Of a DNA stretch of 33,338 nucleotides, positions 26,736-33,338 are shown piece after piece. Below the pieces are notes generated by a model. It was not told where the DNA came from. It was given only the letters and a program-made list of their open reading frames with translations, and did no database searches. Source of the DNA: a virus; the UHGV virus genome UHGV-0373465; one strand, given 5' to 3'. How positions within the stretch are numbered: position 1 is the stretch's first letter; each line of letters opens with the position of its first letter. Both the position numbers and the translations under genes were made by a program.

Positions 26736-27926
26736 ATGAGTGACTATCATCACGGCGTGCAGGTGCTGGAGATTAACGACGGCACCCGCGTCATTTCCAC
26801 CGTATCCACCGCCATTGTTGGCATGGTCTGCACGGCCAGCGATGCGGATGCGGAAATCTTCCCCCTCAATAAACCAGTGCTGATTACCAATGTGCAGAGC
26901 GCAATTGCAAAGGCCGGTAAAAAAGGCACGCTGGCGGCATCGTTGCAGGCCATCGCCGACCAGTCAAAACCGGTCACCGTTGTCGTGCGTGTGGAAGACG
27001 GCACCGGCGACGACGAGGAAACGAAACTTGCGCAGACCGTTTCCAATATCATCGGCACCACCGACGAAAACGGTCAGTACACCGGACTGAAAGCCCTGCT
27101 GGCGGCGGAGTCGGTAACCGGTGTTAAACCGCGTATTCTCGGCGTGCCGGGGCTGGATACCAAAGAGGTGGCTGTTGCACTGGCATCAGTCTGTCAGAAG
27201 CTGCGCGCTTTCGGATATATCAGCGCATGGGGCTGTAAAACCATTTCCGAGGTGAAAGCCTATCGCCAGAATTTCAGCCAGCGTGAGCTGATGGTCATCT
27301 GGCCGGATTTCCTCGCATGGGATACGGTCACCAGCACCACCGCCACCGCGTATGCCACCGCCCGTGCGCTGGGTCTGCGTGCCAGAATCGACCAGGAGCA
27401 GGGCTGGCATAAAACGCTGTCCAATGTCGGGGTGAACGGTGTTACCGGCATCAGCGCATCTGTATTCTGGGATTTGCAGGAGTCCGGCACCGATGCTGAC
27501 CTGCTTAACGAGTCAGGCGTCACTACGCTGATTCGCCGCGACGGTTTCCGATTCTGGGGTAACCGTACCTGCTCTGATGACCCGCTGTTCCTCTTTGAAA
27601 ACTACACCCGCACCGCGCAGGTGCTGGCCGACACGATGGCTGAGGCGCACATGTGGGCGGTGGACAAGCCCATCACCGCAACGCTGATTCGCGACATCGT
27701 TGACGGCATCAATGCCAAATTCCGTGAGCTGAAAACAAACGGCTATATCGTGGATGCGACCTGCTGGTTCAGCGAAGAATCCAACGATGCGGAAACCCTT
27801 AAGGCCGGAAAACTGTATATCGACTACGACTATACCCCGGTGCCTCCTCTTGAAAACCTGACCCTGCGCCAGCGTATTACCGATAAATACCTGGCAAATC
27901 TGGTCACCTCGGTTAACAGCAATTAA
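26736..27926 (+). CDS. FI: Contractile tail sheath protein gpFI
   Basis: 396 aa, equal to recalled P2 gpFI; followed by the tube gene. Confidence 0.85.
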   Translation: MSDYHHGVQVLEINDGTRVISTVSTAIVGMVCTASDADAEIFPLNKPVLITNVQSAIAKAGKKGTLAASLQAIADQSKPVTVVVRVEDGTGDDEETKLAQTVSNIIGTTDENGQYTGLKALLAAESVTGVKPRILGVPGLDTKEVAVALASVCQKLRAFGYISAWGCKTISEVKAYRQNFSQRELMVIWPDFLAWDTVTSTTATAYATARALGLRARIDQEQGWHKTLSNVGVNGVTGISASVFWDLQESGTDADLLNESGVTTLIRRDGFRFWGNRTCSDDPLFLFENYTRTAQVLADTMAEAHMWAVDKPITATLIRDIVDGINAKFRELKTNGYIVDATCWFSEESNDAETLKAGKLYIDYDYTPVPPLENLTLRQRITDKYLANLVTSVNSN

Positions 27927-27938
27927 GGAGCCTGACCG

Positions 27939-28457
27939 ATGGCAATGCCGCGCAAACTCAAGTTAATGAACGTCTTTCTGAACGGCTACAGCTATCAGGG
28001 CGTTGCAAAGTCCGTCACGCTGCCAAAACTGACCCGTAAGCTCGAAAACTATCGCGGTGCGGGGATGAACGGCAGCGCACCGGTAGACCTCGGCCTTGAT
28101 GACGATGCGCTGTCAATGGAGTGGTCACTCGGTGGCTTCCCGGATTCGGTTATCTGGGAGCTTTACGCCGCAACCGGTGTGGATGCTGTGCCGATTCGTT
28201 TTGCAGGCTCTTACCAGCGTGACGATACCGGCGAAACGGTGGCCGTCGAAGTGGTCATGCGTGGACGTCAGAAAGAAATCGACACCGGCGAGGGTAAACA
28301 GGGAGAAGACACTGAGTCGAAAATCTCCGTGGTCTGCACCTATTTCCGGCTGACGATGGACGGTAAGGAGCTGGTCGAAATCGACACCATCAACATGATT
28401 GAGAAGGTGAACGGCGTCGACCGGCTGGAGCAACACCGCCGCAATATCGGCCTGTGA
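27939..28457 (+). CDS. FII: Tail tube protein gpFII
   Basis: 172 aa, equal to recalled P2 gpFII. Confidence 0.85.
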   Translation: MAMPRKLKLMNVFLNGYSYQGVAKSVTLPKLTRKLENYRGAGMNGSAPVDLGLDDDALSMEWSLGGFPDSVIWELYAATGVDAVPIRFAGSYQRDDTGETVAVEVVMRGRQKEIDTGEGKQGEDTESKISVVCTYFRLTMDGKELVEIDTINMIEKVNGVDRLEQHRRNIGL

Positions 28458-28513
28458 TTTTCATCCGGTCAGCCAGGCTGACCGGTTAACCCTGATTCAG
28501 AAGTGAGAAAACC

Positions 28514-28789
28514 ATGAACAAAGAAAATGTGATTACCCTGGACAATCCGGTCAAGCGTGGTGAGCAGGTTATCGAACAGGTCACGCTGATGAAACCCAAT
28601 GCCGGGACGCTGCGCGGTGTCAGTCTGGCTGCGGTCGCGAACTCCGAAGTCGATGCACTGATTAAAGTGCTGCCGCGCATGACGGCACCGATGCTGACCG
28701 AACAGGAGGTCGCCGCGCTGGAACTGCCTGACCTTGTGGCGCTGGCCGGTAAGGTGGTCGGTTTTTTGTCGCCGAACTCGGTGCAGTGA
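28514..28789 (+). CDS. E: Tail assembly chaperone gpE
   Basis: 91 aa, ends KVVGFLSPNSVQ; contains the TTTTTTG slippery site near its 3' end. Confidence 0.8.
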   Translation: MNKENVITLDNPVKRGEQVIEQVTLMKPNAGTLRGVSLAAVANSEVDALIKVLPRMTAPMLTEQEVAALELPDLVALAGKVVGFLSPNSVQ

Positions 28790-28941
28790 CGTTTCCGAAA
28801 AATCTCTCGGTCGATGACCTGATGGCGGATGTGGCAGTGATATTTCACTGGCCGCCATCAGAACTGTATCCCATGAGCCTGACCGAACTCATCACATGGC
28901 GCGAAAAGGCGCTCCGGCGAAGCGGAAACACGAATGAGTAA
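28514..28941 (+). CDS. E': Tail assembly chaperone gpE+E' (programmed -1 frameshift product)
   Basis: A -1 slip on G GTT TTT TG (28760-28768) continues in the -1 frame to TAA at 28939-28941, adding 57 aa (VAELGAVTFPKNLSVDDLMADVAVIFHWPPSELYPMSLTELITWREKALRRSGNTNE); the extension ends by overlapping the T start, as in P2-type E/E'. Confidence 0.7.
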
Positions 28942-31381
28942 CAATGTAAAATTACAGGTATTGCTCAGGGCTGTTGACCAGGCATCCCGCCCGTTTAAAT
29001 CCATCCGCACAGCGAGCAAATCGCTGTCGGGGGATATCCGGGAAACACAAAAATCACTGCGTGAGCTGAACGGTCAGGCATCCCGTATTGAGGGATTTCG
29101 CAAGACCAGTGCACAGCTCGCCGTGACTGGTCATGCACTTGAAAAGGCACGGCAGGAGGCCGAAGCCCTTGCCACACAGTTTAAAAACACCGAACGTCCG
29201 ACACGTGCTCAGGCGAAAGTGCTGGAATCCGCGAAGCGTGCGGCGGAGGACTTACAGGCGAAATATAACCGCCTGACGGATTCCGTTAAACGCCAGCAGC
29301 GGGAACTGGCCGTTGTGGGAATTAATACCCGCAATCTTGCACATGATGAGCAGGGACTGAAAAACCGTATCAGTGAAACCACCGCACAGCTTAACCGGCA
29401 GCGTGACGCGCTGGCGCGTGTCAGTGCGCAACAGGCAAAACTTAACGCAGTAAAACAGCGTTATCAGGCAGGAAAGGAGCTGGCCGGAAATATGGCCTCA
29501 GTGAGCGCTGCCGGTGTGGGGATTGCTGCTGCGGGAACGATGGCCGGTGTTAAGCTGCTGATGCCCGGTTATGAGTTTGCGCAGAAAAACTCAGAATTGC
29601 AGGCTGTGCTCGGTGTGGCAAAAGACTCCGCCGAAATGGCCGCATTACGCAAACAGGCGCGCCAGCTCGGCGACAACACCGCCGCCTCGGCGGATGATGC
29701 AGCCGGTGCGCAGATTATCATTGCAAAAGCCGGTGGGGATGTTGATGCCATTCAGGCGGCAACGCCGGTCACGCTGAATATGGCGCTGGCGAACCGTCGC
29801 ACGATGGAAGAAAACGCCGCCCTGCTGATGGGGATGAAATCCGCCTTTCAGCTTTCAAACGATAAGGTCGCTCATATCGGGGATGTTCTCTCCATGACGA
29901 TGAACAAAACCGCCGCCGATTTTGACGGCATGAGCGATGCGCTGACCTATGCCGCACCTGTGGCAAAAAATGCCGGTGTCAGCATTGAAGAAACCGCCGC
30001 AATGGTCGGGGCGCTGCATGATGCAAAAATCACAGGCTCAATGGCGGGGACGGGAAGCCGTGCCGTGTTAAGCCGCCTGCAGGCACCGACGGGAAAAGCG
30101 TGGGATGCACTGAAAGAGCTTGGTGTGAAAACCTCAGACAGCAAGGGAAACACCCGACCAGTATTTACCATTCTGAAAGAAATGCAGGCCAGTTTTGAGA
30201 AAAACCGGCTCGGTACTGCCCAGCAGGCGGAATACATGAAAACTATTTTCGGGGAAGAGGCCAGCTCAGCCGCCGCCGTGCTGATGACTGCCGCCTCAAC
30301 CGGAAAGCTGGACAAACTGACCGCTGCGTTTAAAGCCTCAGACGGGAAGACCGCCGGGCTGGTAAATATCATGCAGGACAACCTCGGCGGTGACTTTAAG
30401 GAGTTTCAGTCCGCTTATGAGGCGGTGGGGACAGACCTGTTTGACCAGCAGGAAGGCGCGCTGCGTAAGCTCACGCAGACGGCCACAAAGTATGTGTTAA
30501 AACTCGACGGCTGGATCCAGAAAAACAAATCACTGGCGTCAACCATCGGCATCATTGCCGGTGGCGCGCTGGCGCTGACTGGCATCATCGGTGCCATTGG
30601 CCTCGTAGCCTGGCCGGTTATCACCGGCATCAATGCCATCATCGCGGCAGCAGGCGCAATGGGGGCAGTCTTCACGACGGTTGGCAGTGCTGTTATGACC
30701 GCCATCGGGGTTATTAGCTGGCCGGTTGTGGCCGTGGTGGCTGCCATTGTCGCCGGGGCGTTGCTTATCCGTAAATACTGGGAGCCTGTCAGCGCATTCT
30801 TTGGCGGTGTGGTTGAAGGGCTGAAAGTGGCATTTGCGCCGGTGGGGGAACTGTTCACGCCACTTAAGCCGGTGTTTGACTGGCTGGGTGAAAAGTTACA
30901 GGCCGCGTGGCAGTGGTTTAAAAACCTGATTGCCCCGGTCAAAGCCACTCAGGACTCCCTGAACAGTTGCCGTGACACGGGGGTCATGTTCGGGCAGGCA
31001 CTGGCTGACGCGCTGATGCTGCCGCTTAATGCGTTCAACAAACTGCGCAGCGGTATTGACTGGGTACTGGAAAAACTCGGTGTTATCAACAAAGAGTCAG
31101 ACACACTTGACCAGACCGCCGCCAGAACTCAAGCCGCCACGTATGGCAGCGGTGGTTATATTCCGGCGACCAGCTCTTATGCAGGCTATCAGGCTTATCA
31201 GCCGGTCACGGCACCGGCTGGCCGCTCTTATGTGGACCAGAGTAAAAACGAATATCACATCAGCCTGACGGGTGGTACTGCGCCGGGGACACAGCTCGAC
31301 CGCCAGTTACAGGATGCGCTCGAAAAATACGAGCGGGATAAACGTGTGCGCGCCCGTGCCAGCATGATGCATGACGGTTAA
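28934..31381 (+). CDS. T: Tail tape-measure protein gpT
   Basis: 815 aa, equal to recalled P2 gpT; long helical, Ala/Gly-rich, with hydrophobic glycine-zipper-like segments (IGIIAGGALALTGIIGAIGLVAWPVITG). Confidence 0.85.
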   Translation: MSNNVKLQVLLRAVDQASRPFKSIRTASKSLSGDIRETQKSLRELNGQASRIEGFRKTSAQLAVTGHALEKARQEAEALATQFKNTERPTRAQAKVLESAKRAAEDLQAKYNRLTDSVKRQQRELAVVGINTRNLAHDEQGLKNRISETTAQLNRQRDALARVSAQQAKLNAVKQRYQAGKELAGNMASVSAAGVGIAAAGTMAGVKLLMPGYEFAQKNSELQAVLGVAKDSAEMAALRKQARQLGDNTAASADDAAGAQIIIAKAGGDVDAIQAATPVTLNMALANRRTMEENAALLMGMKSAFQLSNDKVAHIGDVLSMTMNKTAADFDGMSDALTYAAPVAKNAGVSIEETAAMVGALHDAKITGSMAGTGSRAVLSRLQAPTGKAWDALKELGVKTSDSKGNTRPVFTILKEMQASFEKNRLGTAQQAEYMKTIFGEEASSAAAVLMTAASTGKLDKLTAAFKASDGKTAGLVNIMQDNLGGDFKEFQSAYEAVGTDLFDQQEGALRKLTQTATKYVLKLDGWIQKNKSLASTIGIIAGGALALTGIIGAIGLVAWPVITGINAIIAAAGAMGAVFTTVGSAVMTAIGVISWPVVAVVAAIVAGALLIRKYWEPVSAFFGGVVEGLKVAFAPVGELFTPLKPVFDWLGEKLQAAWQWFKNLIAPVKATQDSLNSCRDTGVMFGQALADALMLPLNAFNKLRSGIDWVLEKLGVINKESDTLDQTAARTQAATYGSGGYIPATSSYAGYQAYQPVTAPAGRSYVDQSKNEYHISLTGGTAPGTQLDRQLQDALEKYERDKRVRARASMMHDG

Positions 31382-31395
31382 GGAGGTGACTAAAA

Positions 31396-31875
31396 ATGAT
31401 GCTCGCGTTAGGTATGTTTGTTTTTATGCGCCAGACGCTGCCACACCAGACCATGCAGCGCGAATCAGATTATCGCTGGCCGTCAAATTCCCGTATCGGT
31501 AAACGGGATGCCTTTCAGTTTCTCGGTGTGGGTGAGGAAAACATTACGCTTGCCGGCGTGCTTTATCCCGAACTGACCGGCGGCAAGCTGACGATGACCA
31601 CGCTCAGGCTGATGGCAGAGGAAGGCCGGGCGTGGCCGTTGCTGGATGGCACAGGCATGATTTACGGCATGTATGTCATCAGCAAGGTGAGTGAAACAGG
31701 GAGTATTTTCTTTGCAGACGGCACACCCCGAAAAATTGATTTTACGCTGTCGCTCACCCGCGTTGATGAATCACTGGCCGCGCTTTATGGCGATATCGGT
31801 AAACAGGCGGAGTCGCTCATCGGTAAGGCCGGTAGTCTGGCGACCAGATTCACGGGGATGACGGGGGCGGAATAA
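31396..31875 (+). CDS. U: Tail protein gpU
   Basis: 159 aa, equal to recalled P2 gpU. Confidence 0.8.
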   Translation: MMLALGMFVFMRQTLPHQTMQRESDYRWPSNSRIGKRDAFQFLGVGEENITLAGVLYPELTGGKLTMTTLRLMAEEGRAWPLLDGTGMIYGMYVISKVSETGSIFFADGTPRKIDFTLSLTRVDESLAALYGDIGKQAESLIGKAGSLATRFTGMTGAE

Positions 31876-33038
31876 TGCTGGATGCGCTGACATTTGATGC
31901 AGGCAGTACGCTGACGCCGGATTACATGCTGATGCTCGACAGCAGGGATATTACCGGCAATATCAGCGACCGTCTGATGAGCATGACCCTGACGGATAAC
32001 CGGGGCTTTGAGGCTGATCAGCTTGATATTGAACTGAACGATGCCGACGGGCAGGTCGAACTGCCGGTTCGTGGCGCTGTTCTGACGGTGTATATCGGCT
32101 GGAAAGGTTTTGCCCTGGTATGCAAAGGGAAATTCACCGTTGATGAGGTAGAACACCGGGGCACGCCGGATGTGGTCGCCATCCGGGCCCGGAGTGCAGA
32201 TTTTCGTGGCACGCTCAATTCCCGCCGTGAAGGCTCCTGGCATGACACCACGCTCGGTGCGATTGTTGAGGCGATAGCCTCCCGTAACAGGCTGGAAGCC
32301 AGTGTCGCTCCGTCACTGGCCGGAATTAAAATCCCGCACATCGACCAGTCGCAGGAGTCTGATGCAAAATTCCTGACCCGCCTTGCTGAACGCAACGGCG
32401 GTGAGGTGTCGGTAAAAATGGGAAAACTGTTGTTTCTCAAAGCGGGGCAGGGGGTGACGGCCAGCGGTAAAAAAATCCCGCAGATTACCATCACCCGCAG
32501 CGACGGCGACCGTCATCATTTTGCGATTGCTGACCGTGGAGCCTATACCGGCGTAACGGCAAAGTGGCTTCACACCAAAGACCCGAAGCCGCAAAAGCAG
32601 AAGGTAAAACTGAAACGCAAAAAGAAAGAAAAACACCTGCGCGCACTGGAGCACCCGAAAGCGAAACCAGTCACGCAGAAGAAAGCGCCAAAAGTACCGG
32701 AAGCGCGCGAAGGTGAATACATGGCCGGTGAGGCTGACAACGTTTTTGCCCTGACCACGGTATATGCCACGAAAGCACAGGCCATGCGTGCTGCTCAGGC
32801 GAAGTGGGATAAACTGCAACGGGGCGTTGCGGAGTTCTCCATCATCCTGGCTACCGGTCGTGCAGATATTTACACGGAAACACCGGTCAGAGTGTCAGGC
32901 TTTAAGCGCGTCATAGACGAGCAGGACTGGACAATCACTAAGGTGACACATTTTCTGAATAATAGCGGCTTCACGACGTCCTTAGAGCTTGAGGTCAGGC
33001 TTTCTGATGTGGAGTACGAAACAGAAGATTATGAGTGA
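31875..33038 (+). CDS. D: Tail protein gpD (late gene D)
   Basis: 387 aa, equal to recalled P2 gpD; ATGA-type overlap with U. Confidence 0.8.
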   Translation: MLDALTFDAGSTLTPDYMLMLDSRDITGNISDRLMSMTLTDNRGFEADQLDIELNDADGQVELPVRGAVLTVYIGWKGFALVCKGKFTVDEVEHRGTPDVVAIRARSADFRGTLNSRREGSWHDTTLGAIVEAIASRNRLEASVAPSLAGIKIPHIDQSQESDAKFLTRLAERNGGEVSVKMGKLLFLKAGQGVTASGKKIPQITITRSDGDRHHFAIADRGAYTGVTAKWLHTKDPKPQKQKVKLKRKKKEKHLRALEHPKAKPVTQKKAPKVPEAREGEYMAGEADNVFALTTVYATKAQAMRAAQAKWDKLQRGVAEFSIILATGRADIYTETPVRVSGFKRVIDEQDWTITKVTHFLNNSGFTTSLELEVRLSDVEYETEDYE

Positions 33039-33119
33039 TGTCTTTTGTTTATCTTTTTGTTTTATAATGATAATTTAACTAAAATGGCACTATCAACAAA
33101 ACCGGAAGAGGTGCTCGCG
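33039..33119 (+). promoter_or_regulatory. Putative ogr promoter region
   Basis: AT-rich spacer with TATAAT at 33063-33068 and a GAAGAGG Shine-Dalgarno before ATG 33120; -35 weak. Confidence 0.35.
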
Positions 33120-33338
33120 ATGTTTCATTGTCCTTTATGCCAGCATGCCGCACATGCGCGTACAAGCCGCTATATCACTGACACGACAAAAGAGCGTTAT
33201 CACCAGTGCCAGAACGTGAATTGCAGCGCCACGTTCATCACTTATGAGTCGGTACAGAGATACATCGTGAAGCCGGGAGAAGTCCACGCCGTGAGGCCGC
33301 ACCCGTTGCCGTCAGGGCAGCAAATTATGTGGATGTGA
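33120..33338 (+). CDS. ogr: Late-gene transcriptional activator Ogr (zinc finger)
   Basis: ORF 33045-33338; ATG 33120 gives 72 aa beginning MFHCPLCQHAAHARTSRYITDTTKERYHQCQNVNCS (CxxC ... CxxxxC zinc-binding pattern), matching my recollection of P2 Ogr. Confidence 0.85.
   Translation: MFHCPLCQHAAHARTSRYITDTTKERYHQCQNVNCSATFITYESVQRYIVKPGEVHAVRPHPLPSGQQIMWM

Larger units (their letters stand above)
41..33338. mobile_element. P2-like (Peduovirus-type) prophage, near-complete, int-proximal end to ogr
   Basis: Contiguous P2 gene order int-C-cox-B-A ... Q-P-O-N-M-L-X-Y-K-lysABC-R-S-V-W-J-I-H-G-FI-FII-E-T-U-D-ogr, with protein lengths matching recalled P2 values; exact attL and attR not delimited (attR lies beyond the window). 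Confidence 0.85.

Noticed and set aside
29947-30948. Minus-strand ORFs of 144 and 177 aa inside the tape-measure gene T
   Set aside because: Ala/Ser/Thr/Pro-rich antisense translations of a GC-rich repetitive gene; a classic artefact.
32313-32819. 168-aa minus-strand ORF inside gene D and the lysine-rich KPQKQKVKLKRKKKEKHLRALEHPKAKP segment of gpD
   Set aside because: The antisense ORF is an artefact; the lysine-rich stretch is a low-complexity linker within gpD, not a separate gene or repeat element.
1-33338. Search for tRNA, rRNA or CRISPR arrays
   Set aside because: No cloverleaf-like conserved tRNA features, rRNA-like segments or regularly spaced direct repeats were recognised by eye; the only tandem repeat is protein-coding (gene H).

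Overview
The window is almost entirely one P2-like (Peduovirus-type) temperate myovirus prophage in prophage orientation: attL-proximal tyrosine integrase, C repressor, Cox, B, four small early ORFs, replication initiator A, then an accessory island, a cos-like site, and the late genes Q-P / O-N-M-L-X-Y-K-lysA-lysB-lysC-R-S / V-W-J-I-H-G / FI-FII-E(E')-T-U-D / ogr. Gene order and most protein lengths match what I recall for P2; these are recollections plus reading of the ORF translations, not database hits. Three AT-rich insertions sit at the three classic P2 variable slots. (1) Between A and cos (the tin/old position, 5985-10056): an ASCH/DUF3850-like protein, a small ORF, a compact DNA cytosine-5 methyltransferase, and converging on it a two-gene minus-strand operon (ParB/Srx-like protein plus an unknown partner). 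This is the best candidate for an undescribed R-M-like or anti-phage defence module. (2) Between S and V (the orf30 position): an antisense three-TM membrane protein. (3) Between G and FI (the Z/fun position): a 299-aa AT-rich protein of unknown function. Other signals: a -1 frameshift site giving E+E', a nested lysC, a 4 x 132 bp tandem repeat inside tail-fibre gene H, operator-like repeats in the C-cox switch with a copy near attL, and terminator-like hairpins. No rRNA, tRNA or CRISPR array was recognised.
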